Translations under genes and position numbers: made by a program
In this document: positions 28,263 through 36,406 of the stretch, piece by piece
Position numbering within the stretch: the first letter of the stretch is position 1
Layout: the number at the start of each line of letters is the position of its first letter
The notes under the pieces: generated by a model
What the model saw: the letters and a program-made list of their open reading frames with translations, nothing else
The model's database searches: none
Told to the model about the DNA's origin: nothing
Assembly: GCA_028285385.1 (NCBI GenBank)
Contig: JANQPR010000030.1
Location: forward strand, 1 to 47,352
From: Phycisphaera sp.
Lineage (GTDB): Bacteria > Planctomycetota > Phycisphaerae > Phycisphaerales > Phycisphaeraceae
Direction: 5' to 3'
Length of the DNA stretch: 47,352 nucleotides

Positions 28263-28312
28263 GACGGCCCGCCGACCCCCCGGCGCCCGATTGCGCCGGG
28301 GGCGGGCCGTCG
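28263..28312. promoter_or_regulatory. Long GC-rich hairpin (~19 bp in two stem segments) inside the tRNA array
   Basis: gacggcccg...cccccggcgc-ccgattg-gcgccggggg...cgggccgtc. Confidence 0.45.
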
Positions 28313-28361
28313 TCGTTGCATTGATCCGCTCTTCACTTGTCAAAGAACTCGTCACTCGTTT

Positions 28362-28380
28362 CGCGTGAACCGTTCACGCG
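28362..28380. promoter_or_regulatory. Perfect 19-bp palindrome (operator-like) upstream of tRNA-Phe
   Basis: cgcgtgaac-c-gttcacgcg. Confidence 0.4.
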
Positions 28381-28414
28381 TTCCGTCCAACCCCCCACAT
28401 ACTTCCGGGGGCAG

Positions 28415-28486
28415 CCGCTGGTCCAGGAATCGAACCTGGGGCTCCCGCTTTTCACGCGGGCGCTTTGCCGGCTAAGCGAACCAGCG
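28415..28486 (-). tRNA. tRNA-Phe(GAA)
   Basis: Acceptor cgctggt/accagcg. Anticodon stem cccgc/gcggg with loop gtgaaaa. Confidence 0.7.
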
Positions 28487-28496
28487 TTCCGTCCAA

Positions 28497-28569
28497 TCGC
28501 CGCGGCCGGATTCGAACCGGCAGCCTCCTCGTTGTGAGCGAGGCGCTCTCGCCGTTGAGCTACGCGGCA
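28497..28569 (-). tRNA. tRNA-Val(CAC)
   Basis: Anticodon stem cctcg/cgagg with loop ctcacaa. T-arm gccgg-ttcgaat-ccggc. Confidence 0.65.
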
Positions 28570-28647
28570 GCTTTGGCACGCCGACCGCGCAGACGAACCA
28601 AGTCGTCTTCAGCGGCGCGGAAGGACGTGTCGTCGTCGGGTTGTCAG

Positions 28648-28720
28648 TAGCGGCGGCGGGATTCGAACCCGCGGTCTCGAGAACATGACTCTCGCGAGGA
28701 CTCCGCTCCTCTACGCCGCG
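28648..28720 (-). tRNA. tRNA-Met(CAT) with initiator-like traits (unpaired C1/U72, A11:U24)
   Basis: Acceptor cgcggcg/cgccgct. D-stem gagg/cctc. Anticodon stem cgaga/tctcg with loop gtcatgt. Confidence 0.55.
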
Positions 28721-28735
28721 TCCTTTCGTCGTCAG

Positions 28736-28807
28736 TCGCGATGGCTGGATTTGAACCAGCGACCTCTCCCGTATGAAGGGCGTGCTCTGCCGTTGAGCTA
28801 CATCGCG
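28736..28807 (-). tRNA. tRNA-Met or Ile2 (CAT), elongator-type
   Basis: Acceptor cgcgatg/catcgcg. Anticodon loop ttcatac. T-arm gctgg-ttcaaat-ccagc. Confidence 0.55.
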
Positions 28808-28861
28808 TGTTGGTCATGGGTTTCCTTCGTCGTGCTTCCGGCTTTGGGCTTTGCGTTCGAG

Positions 28862-28933
28862 TGGTCACGGTTGGATTCGAACCAACGACTTCCTGCTTGT
28901 CGTGCAGGCGATCTTCCGCTGATCTACGCGACC
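28862..28933 (-). tRNA. tRNA-Val(GAC) with C33
   Basis: Acceptor ggtcgcg/cgtgacc. Anticodon stem cctgc/gcagg with loop acgacaa. Confidence 0.55.
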
Positions 28934-28942
28934 GGGGCAAAG

Positions 28943-29014
28943 TGACCTTGGCGGGACTCGAACCCGCAAGCTCCGCCTTGAGAGGGCGGCGTGCTGCCGT
29001 TGCACCACAAGGCC
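28943..29014 (-). tRNA. tRNA-Glu(CTC)
   Basis: Acceptor ggccttg/caaggtc. Anticodon stem ccgcc/ggcgg with loop ctctcaa. Confidence 0.65.
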
Positions 29015-29629
29015 TTGCGTGCGAAAAGCACTTGAAAACAAGGGCCAATCGGTCGTGGTAGAAGACGAATTAGGTTGTCGGGTCGGAAGGTGGGGCGCTC
29101 AGGCGGATAGCAGGGTACCGGGTCGGGCGGCCTGCCCGTCGGTATGTCGGCCCGCCGTATCGGTGGCCGCCAACGCAACGCCGGACATGCCGGCACCGGG
29201 GTAGCGACAACCTCGCCCGGGTCGATTGGCCGGACTGCCTTGACCCGCAAAGAACGCGGGCCGGCCGAGACCGCCAGGCAACACGGGCCGGACCGCACCT
29301 TGCGTGCGTTCGGCGTGGTTCAAGTTGTGTTGCTTGATGGTCATCGGGACACTTCCTTTACACGGGCACATGCCTGTGACGCGGAAACATATCGTCACTC
29401 TGTACCACATGCAATAGAAAAACGAGATCGTCGGGAAAAATGTTTGGTTCGCGCGGCGCAAGTGATGCGTTTATAGATTCTGGAGATTGGTCCGCTAGGC
29501 GAATGGATCAAGCCGACACGGCGTCGATGTAGCTACACGGACGCGCCGATTTGTCCCCCTCTGGAAATCTTGCTCCGACCTGAGTGAGAGAATCTGACCG
29601 GCTTACGACCGGAAAGGATTCTCCGATAG

Positions 29630-29848
29630 AAGAAGCGACATTCTCCCGAGCAGATCGTGGCCAAGCTGCGTCAGGCTGACGTGGAGTTGAGCAAGGGGCT
29701 TCGAGGCACTCAGGAAAGCCGTAACCAGCAAGCGAGCCACAACCCCGCGTATGCTTTGGTGCTGAGCACTATGCGCGACGACTTCAAACCAATTAACTGT
29801 ATGTGGCGGGCGGGCAGCGATGGTTTCGCGGTTTTATCGGGGGCGTAG
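29630..29848 (+). pseudogene. Remnant ORF whose first ~23 codons resemble the N-terminus of an IS3-family OrfA transposase
   Basis: The peptide KKRHSPEQIVAKLRQADVELSKG sits immediately after an in-frame stop. Similarity is lost after that and there is no full transposase. Confidence 0.3.
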
Positions 29849-29876
29849 TCATCCCGATGCTCGGTCAGGATCGACA

Positions 29877-30010
29877 AGCCCAACCGAGCCCTATACAAGC
29901 CCTGCCGCCACCACTGAGGCGGTCGACGAAAAAAGGCCCGCCGTAAGTGGCGAGCCTTTCATCGTTTAGAAAGTAGCGGGGGCAGGATTCGAACCTGCGA
30001 CCTCCGGGTT
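29877..30010. repeat. Direct-repeat copy 2 (block, hairpin terminator 29933-29960, tRNA 3' half 29971-30010)
   Basis: aagcccaaccgagccctatacaagccctgc ... aggcccgccgtaagtggcgagcctttc ... agtagcgggggcaggattcgaacctgcgacctccgggtt. It diverges from copy 1 exactly inside the anticodon loop. Confidence 0.7.
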
Positions 30011-30135
30011 ATGAGCCCACTACTGAGGTTTCCCGCAACGTCTTGACTGAACAACTGCTGCAGTCGTCCACGAGAGTTATGGCCTCTCGACAGCCACGCC
30101 CATGTTACTCATGTAGGTCATGTTTTTCAGCTCAT

Positions 30136-30159
30136 GTGGGGCAGTTTGTGGGGCAGTTT
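30136..30159. repeat. Tandem 12-bp direct repeat (gtggggcagttt x2)
   Basis: Seen directly at the island boundary. Confidence 0.5.
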
Positions 30160-30306
30160 TCCGAGAAGGGAGCCTTCCGTTGGGCATTGAGGTGGCTTCG
30201 GTGGGGATGCAAGTCGGAGATGGAACTTCCTGCGGGTAACCTTTGATTGGCCTGAATTTGACAGCGTCGCAGGCAAGAATGAGAAGAAGATTTATCGAGC
30301 AAACTC

Positions 30307-33300
30307 TCATTCTTTCGAAGAAGCTTGCACATTCTCGAAGATCCTTTGCCAGTGCTGCAGATGGCGGCTCATCGCCGGGTCGCTGTAAAGGTGTGCGAGC
30401 GCATCCCGTCGCTGTTCACGATCAAACGGGATCACGGGGAGCTTGATGCATTGTTGCCAAACCTGACCGAGAATCGTCGCCGGCGTACTAGGGCTCGGGG
30501 CGTTCCTAGCATCGTATTCCACGATCTCCCACCCGTCGCCGGCGCCAGTTATGTCTAAGGAGTTTAGGTCAACAACCGGGTCCGACAGCGAGCCTTCGAA
30601 TTCGAACTTCGACTGCACTTGGAGCTGCATCGATCGCACCGTCATTAGTGCCTGCGCTACCGGCCGACTGCAGTATTTCCCCGATGAACGTTTGATGCCC
30701 CTGTAGATTAAATCAATAACATCGCGATAGATACGTGAGGTTTTTCTCGGATCAGTGGAGATGCTGTTGGTGAGGCGTTGAAACATCTCTTCTGCTTCAC
30801 CAATGTCGAGCCTACTTGTGGGCTCGTGTAGGTCAATTGCACCATACATGTAAATTTCCTCGATGTCGTCAAGTAGATCTTTGCGATTTAAGTAGTCAGC
30901 ATTTTGATCGTAGTACTCGATCGCCGCACGCAGATGATTTGGTTGCTGCGTGTCCATCATCAGCGAGCGCTGTAGTTCACGCGTCCGCGCCAAGTTATCG
31001 AAACTCGACCTTTGTTCGAAATCTAAAACAAGATTTTCGAGGCGTTCACGTAGGTGACTAGCAAGCTCGCGTTGGGTTTTCCGCCCAAACCGCTCTCCGA
31101 GGGCCCTCGTGAAACGTCGAACCGTGCGTTTGCTTGTGTTGTGGGCGAATTGCCAAGGAGACGAATCAAGAATCTCTGCTAGTTGATATAGCCGATGCTC
31201 ATCCTGTTCGGGTACCACAGAATGATCGACAAACGCGCCGCGACGAGACAAACTCTTCAGACCAAGTTTTTCTCGTCCAAACCAGTACGAGTTTCCTCCC
31301 ACTGCGAAAGCTTGAGTTTCCTGTCCCATGAGTTTTTCAATACGCCGAAGATCGGTGTCACTATTCACCCAAACCACTCGATCGACTTTGAGACGAGGCA
31401 TAAAGGTGGGATCCCAGACGCACGCCCCCTGAGGTGACGCTACCCAGCCGATCCCGTGGCTCTTGCTATCGATCGCAGGATGGGACTGCAACTGTTCAGG
31501 CGGCGTTACATTCATTGCGCGGGGATTGGGCGGGCCGCTCGGTGCGGCTACCGCAAGAAGAGCTGCGAGATTTCGGTAAACGTCCTCCTTTATCTCAGGC
31601 AAGAAGGAGATGCGCTCGTAATCGACGTTCAGCCGATCCAGGGTGAGCGGGAGCTTCCCATCTCTGTCAAAGACGGAGAGCGAGGGCATCGCCAACGAAG
31701 GCGGTTCCTTGTAGCCATGACCCGCTGAAATGTTGGGCGCGCTCTCAAGCGCTGGTAACCCACTCGCCTCTCGCTGGATGATAATCCCGTTGCAGACGAG
31801 CGCCGGGGCGTCGCCATAAGTCCAGCCGACGCGAAGGTAATCTTCCGGGGTGAGCCAGTGATAATCGTCGGGCGACGTATCGACCGTCGCCGGTAATTTG
31901 ACAGACTGTGGTAGCTCTTGGCCAATGGTCGAGACTCGGCGAATCGAAGGCCAGTCCAGACAGTACCAATCCCAGGATTCGGCAAGGCTTTCTTCTTGCT
32001 TCTCGCTGTTTGACTGCTGCATAAAAGCTGGCGGGCTGGTGGTGATCACTTCGACTCGTGTACCCGGTTGGTCACGCACCACGTGCTCGATCGCAAGCGG
32101 TCGGTCAGTTAATGATGCCGTGAAGGTTAGACCCCGCTCGGGTTCCGCCAGTACGTGTCGCGTTGTGACTCGGAGTTGCACCAATCGGGGGTCGTCAGCA
32201 ACCAGAAATGCGGCGAGAGCGCCGACGCCGAAGCGGCCCGATCGGAGCACAACCGATCTACCTGAGTCATCCTGGAAGCTTTTCTTCCACACCATTGAAG
32301 AACGAAACGATGCGCCCGCGTTCAGAAAGTAGCGTTGCAGGGTATCAAAGGTCATCCCCATTCCACCATCATCGATGATCAGCGACCATATGCCGTCTTC
32401 GTGTTTTTTTATCTGGACCTCGACGTGGGGCTGCCGGTCGGCGTCATTCTCGAGCCCAAGCGCTCTACGCTCGCGGACTGCATCAACTGCGTTCTGTACC
32501 AACTCGCGTACCGCGATCTCCGGGCGATCTCCGTACAACGGCTTGATGAGTAACTTAAGCAACTCGGCGTCGGCGGCGGAGAAGGTAACGCGGCAGGGCA
32601 CAAATCCCGCTTCCTTACCGAACGTATCTACATCATCAATGTTAGATCGAATCCGTCTGATGTTCAGACCCAAGAGCTTCTCTTGGTATCGCCCAAACAC
32701 CTCGCCCAGGACTGCCCATGAGGTATCGAGCTCGAACTGGATCGCATGCAGCCATTCTTGGGCCCGCAAGAAAAGCTCGATCGATGTGCGTTTGGGGTTG
32801 ATCTTGACCTCGACGACTTCGGGGTCTTCGTTTTTGTCGTAGACAATGTCCTGGACGATGTTGTGTACCCCCCACTCGACCTTACTCTTGGGGGACTTGA
32901 TACCGATGACTTTGAAAATCTGATTGGGCGCGCGATCGGACTGCAGTTGGAGGTAGTCGGCGATGCGCAACAGGACCATCAAGTACACCGTGTGTGTACC
33001 GTGGAACTCACGGACTTGGAACTTGCTGCTGAGGTAATCCAACAAGCAACGGATTGTGGTCCCGTGGCTGCGTGCGATCAAACCGGCAAGGTTGAGTTTA
33101 GGCTCGGCATCGTTGGAGCGTGGGGGGAAATCAGTTTCCGCCGACGCCAAGGCGGGCAGCCCTTTTATGGCCATTTCGTGAGCTAAGCGGTGGTGGTAGC
33201 GGCGGATGAACTCACCAATGTACGCGTGTTGGATCGGGCTCCAAGATTCTGCATTCTCAATTTCGGGCGCCTCGATCGGCTCATCAACGCCGAATAGTTC

Positions 33301-33723
33301 CATGAGCTCGCCCTGACTGAGCCGGCTCGTTTCTTGCACATAGCGAGTCCAAAGTGTGTGCCAGTTTTCTTTGTCAAGCTCTGGTATCGCTGGCTTGGCG
33401 TCTGCGTCAGACACGAGCGCGATGAAGCCGGGTCCCTGCAGGTGCATCGCGGCATCGTGCAAGACCGTCGCAATGACTAAGACTGCCGCGTCCTCAGATG
33501 TAAATAGATCAGTTGACTCATCGGTGATCAGCGCGCTAGCGGTCTCGAGCACGGCTTCAATATGGTCTGGGCCGTGGTCGGTGTACTGGCGAAAGAAGAT
33601 GACCTTATTCTGCTTGATGTACAGCGCAAACGCGTCCAGCACGTCGTGGACTAAACCGCCGATCGGCTTGTTTTCGTACAGCTTGCGAAAGAACGCTGGA
33701 ACTGTGATCGGGTATTCTGGCAT
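30307..33723 (-). CDS. HD-domain phosphohydrolase fused to a GHKL (Hsp90/MORC-like) ATPase, 1138 aa
   Basis: N-terminal H...HD signature (YTDHGPDHIEAV, VLHDAAMH). The Bergerat ATPase motifs are the N-box ELVQNAVDAV, G1 IDDGGMGM and G2 GRFGVG. A C-terminal Rx4H (RELASH) is HEPN-like. It is the last gene of a three-gene operon. Confidence 0.6.
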   Translation of the reverse strand: MPEYPITVPAFFRKLYENKPIGGLVHDVLDAFALYIKQNKVIFFRQYTDHGPDHIEAVLETASALITDESTDLFTSEDAAVLVIATVLHDAAMHLQGPGFIALVSDADAKPAIPELDKENWHTLWTRYVQETSRLSQGELMELFGVDEPIEAPEIENAESWSPIQHAYIGEFIRRYHHRLAHEMAIKGLPALASAETDFPPRSNDAEPKLNLAGLIARSHGTTIRCLLDYLSSKFQVREFHGTHTVYLMVLLRIADYLQLQSDRAPNQIFKVIGIKSPKSKVEWGVHNIVQDIVYDKNEDPEVVEVKINPKRTSIELFLRAQEWLHAIQFELDTSWAVLGEVFGRYQEKLLGLNIRRIRSNIDDVDTFGKEAGFVPCRVTFSAADAELLKLLIKPLYGDRPEIAVRELVQNAVDAVRERRALGLENDADRQPHVEVQIKKHEDGIWSLIIDDGGMGMTFDTLQRYFLNAGASFRSSMVWKKSFQDDSGRSVVLRSGRFGVGALAAFLVADDPRLVQLRVTTRHVLAEPERGLTFTASLTDRPLAIEHVVRDQPGTRVEVITTSPPAFMQQSNSEKQEESLAESWDWYCLDWPSIRRVSTIGQELPQSVKLPATVDTSPDDYHWLTPEDYLRVGWTYGDAPALVCNGIIIQREASGLPALESAPNISAGHGYKEPPSLAMPSLSVFDRDGKLPLTLDRLNVDYERISFLPEIKEDVYRNLAALLAVAAPSGPPNPRAMNVTPPEQLQSHPAIDSKSHGIGWVASPQGACVWDPTFMPRLKVDRVVWVNSDTDLRRIEKLMGQETQAFAVGGNSYWFGREKLGLKSLSRRGAFVDHSVVPEQDEHRLYQLAEILDSSPWQFAHNTSKRTVRRFTRALGERFGRKTQRELASHLRERLENLVLDFEQRSSFDNLARTRELQRSLMMDTQQPNHLRAAIEYYDQNADYLNRKDLLDDIEEIYMYGAIDLHEPTSRLDIGEAEEMFQRLTNSISTDPRKTSRIYRDVIDLIYRGIKRSSGKYCSRPVAQALMTVRSMQLQVQSKFEFEGSLSDPVVDLNSLDITGAGDGWEIVEYDARNAPSPSTPATILGQVWQQCIKLPVIPFDREQRRDALAHLYSDPAMSRHLQHWQRIFENVQASSKE

Positions 33724-33729
33724 TGGAAC

Positions 33730-34254
33730 CTACTTGATTCGAGGTAACATGCAAAACTCAATGAACATCGCCATGCTTCCGACGAACACGATTACGGCGA
33801 TTAATAGCCAAGTCTCGCACCACCGCCATAAACTCGCCAACGAAGGTCTTTTCCGGTAACCGAGGCCAATCACCTCGTCGAACAGATCACATTCTTCGTC
33901 GCGGTTATCCCACCATGAGCCAACAGACGAAACAATCGTTGCCAACATGAAAATACCGACGCCGATTAACAGCCACTGAATGGCTCGCACGGCGATCCTA
34001 GCGTCCTCGGCTTCAAGCCCGACCTTTTCCCAGCTTGAGTAAGCAGTCACTCCGGCGATGACCAAGGCGGTGGAAATGGCTTGGAAGAACGACAGTGCTT
34101 TGAAGGTGTAGTCATTAAGTGACGCTTGCCGTTTGTGTACGAACTTCAGGCGCTCGAGCTTATAACCTTCCTGAAGGCCTTTGGCTTGCTCGTCAGTTGA
34201 ATTTGGGGTCCCCGTTCGCTGAGTGTTGGGATGGTCAGAGATATGAGTTGGCAT
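33730..34254 (-). CDS. Small membrane protein (3 predicted TM helices), operon partner
   Basis: Hydrophobic segments ALSFFQAISTALVIAGVTAY, WLLIGVGIFMLATIVSSV and LLIAVIVFVGSMAMFIEF. There is a 6-nt gap to the downstream gene. Confidence 0.5.
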   Translation of the reverse strand: MPTHISDHPNTQRTGTPNSTDEQAKGLQEGYKLERLKFVHKRQASLNDYTFKALSFFQAISTALVIAGVTAYSSWEKVGLEAEDARIAVRAIQWLLIGVGIFMLATIVSSVGSWWDNRDEECDLFDEVIGLGYRKRPSLASLWRWCETWLLIAVIVFVGSMAMFIEFCMLPRIK

Positions 34255-34338
34255 TATATACCCTGCGGATTGAAAGAAGGAAGACTCGGCGGCACTGCGC
34301 CGCGGCCCTGGAAGAGTTGAAATTCGATTCGCTTGGGA

Positions 34339-36345
34339 TCATGAACATACACAAACACGAACACCTGATGGGGCCTTATTGCTGAAGTCGTGGTCCCTTA
34401 CGTGGAATTCTTTCAGGCTGGAGGCACCGCCACCGTCGGTAACCACAATGACAGAGTCGTATACCTCGAGAAGACTGGATATGGGGCCACTGAGATCCGT
34501 ATTACCACCACGGATACGAATGAGTTCCGAGATCCCAATTTCGCTCGCATTCCATTCTCCTACGATGGATGTATTAGCGGCAACGAGCCTTGAAGGCAGT
34601 TGAGATGCCACCAAGTCTCGAATGAATTCGGCCATTTCGCTTGACTGTAAACGAGCTGACATAGAACCCGACACGTCACAGAGGAGCACTTCTGAGTCGG
34701 AACTTTTTGGCGACCCATTCGGCCATCGAGAAACCGGCTCGCCGACGCAGCGTCTAGCTGCCGCCGCGAACTCGCGCCGCGCTTCTTGGTTTGATGTCGT
34801 CAGGTGGCCGATTGCGTTGCATCGATCAAGTACAGAACGCGACACTTCGTAGATGGCGTTTCCTGCCGGCCCATGATTGACAAGGAAAACTTCCGCGCAA
34901 GGAAGAGCCCGCGCGTAGTCTTCAAGAGCGGCAACAAACTTGGCCTTGGCAGAGCCTTTGTAGTGTTTGACTTCGACTGCCATTTTACAAACTTCTTTGC
35001 CGTGTTCTACGGTCCATAAACCGAAGTCTGGCTGTACGCTCTCTTTGCGTCCCTTCCCGCGTGGATTGGCGAGTTTAACACGACGCTCGCTGATCAGCCT
35101 GAATGGATCGGGCGAGGAGTGAATCGATGCAACCATCGTTTCTTTGAAAGGGAAGCCGATCCTGCCGTTGTCATGATGTACTTCAACGCTATGTCCAACT
35201 AATGCGCGGACAATCTCGGTCGCAACCCAAACGGCGTAAAGTTCGCACCGGTTCTTCCAAATCGGTAACGACAGCACCGACTCGAAGTCACCGATTGAGA
35301 CGTCGACTTCGACAGGCCTGAGGGGGAATTTGCTGGCGATTTCATTTAGGTCGGCACCTAGAGAATCTAGGTCTGCCTTGTCGAGGATTGTCGAGGCGGC
35401 AGAGAGTGCCACAACGAGTGTCCGCAACCAATAATCCGTCTCGTTATGGGCGATAGTCCAGAAATCCAGAGCATCAGATGGATCACTTCCAAGGCGGCGA
35501 TCACGGAATAGTTGTTGTCGCGTCGATGGTTTAAGGTCTAGGTCGAGAAGCATTTTGATAGCCGCAGACGCGATTGAAGCAGTAGCAGCGAGCTGTTGAG
35601 GGCAATCGGGTGGCAGAAGCGATTGGGGCAATGCGAGGTATTCATCGTTGTCGAAAGCGGCTACCCACGCGTGAACATCATCAGCAACTCTTCGAGGACG
35701 ATGTCGGAACGACCGCTGTATCTCTTCACCGACAGGGCCGTTATCCTGAAGCACATGCCACATACTCCAGACAGCTTTTGAGTCAACTGCGGGTACATAT
35801 AAGTCGGTCGTCGCCACCGCATCCCATGACGCCAGCCAATGTCGAAAGTGTTCCAGATCAAGATCCGCTCGATCAACTTGAAGAATCCACTCCGATTCTC
35901 CCTTTGTCGCGTCAGCGTGCTCGAAGAACTCGAGAATGTCGCGAAACATTTCCACGTATGGATGTAGGGAAGTGAAGAACGCCCGAGCAAAAGAGTCCAC
36001 CGTAGCGGATGCGAGCGCATCGTCGAGAGAAGCTGCTCCGGGATTCAGGCGACTTCGGATGCGTTGGTCAAGGCCTTCATCACGCCCATCAAGCTCAATG
36101 CCGCCTAAGCCGCACAGGTATCGCCATGCGGCGACAGGATCGCGATGTATCGGCGCGCTCATCGGAGTTGCGTAAAACGATAATGTCCAGCCGCCGGTGC
36201 CGCGTAACCTGCGCCCACGTCTCTTGCCACGGACTGAGATTTCCAAGCGAAAGTTCTGCTGCCTTCGAGAAGTCTGGCGAAGCGGGAGCCGGCGTTTGAA
36301 CCCGCCACGCTCCGGTGACCGGCGGGCAATGATCCGGCTAGCCAC
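34339..36345 (-). CDS. vWA-domain protein with central PD-(D/E)xK-like nuclease motif
   Basis: The C-terminal MIDAS motif is LLCDVSGSM...TDL...VVTDGGG. The central PDFGLW...MAVEVKHYK resembles a restriction-endonuclease fold. The start may be the internal Met (MSAPIHR). Confidence 0.5.
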   Translation of the reverse strand: MASRIIARRSPERGGFKRRLPLRQTSRRQQNFRLEISVRGKRRGRRLRGTGGWTLSFYATPMSAPIHRDPVAAWRYLCGLGGIELDGRDEGLDQRIRSRLNPGAASLDDALASATVDSFARAFFTSLHPYVEMFRDILEFFEHADATKGESEWILQVDRADLDLEHFRHWLASWDAVATTDLYVPAVDSKAVWSMWHVLQDNGPVGEEIQRSFRHRPRRVADDVHAWVAAFDNDEYLALPQSLLPPDCPQQLAATASIASAAIKMLLDLDLKPSTRQQLFRDRRLGSDPSDALDFWTIAHNETDYWLRTLVVALSAASTILDKADLDSLGADLNEIASKFPLRPVEVDVSIGDFESVLSLPIWKNRCELYAVWVATEIVRALVGHSVEVHHDNGRIGFPFKETMVASIHSSPDPFRLISERRVKLANPRGKGRKESVQPDFGLWTVEHGKEVCKMAVEVKHYKGSAKAKFVAALEDYARALPCAEVFLVNHGPAGNAIYEVSRSVLDRCNAIGHLTTSNQEARREFAAAARRCVGEPVSRWPNGSPKSSDSEVLLCDVSGSMSARLQSSEMAEFIRDLVASQLPSRLVAANTSIVGEWNASEIGISELIRIRGGNTDLSGPISSLLEVYDSVIVVTDGGGASSLKEFHVRDHDFSNKAPSGVRVCVCS

Positions 36346-36406
36346 AAATACCCGGTCTTGTAGTCCTGCAGTTGATCCGCTTGGTTGGGTTTGTCACACG
36401 AGAGCA

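Noticed and set aside
30136-30159. CRISPR array
   Set aside because: Only a single 12-bp tandem duplication is present. No repeat-spacer periodicity occurs anywhere in the window.
19190-30300. Tyrosine or serine integrase for the repeat-flanked segment
   Set aside because: No ORF carries R..HxxR..Y or serine-recombinase motifs. The 274-aa ORF was checked and lacks them. An integrase, if any, must lie outside the window.
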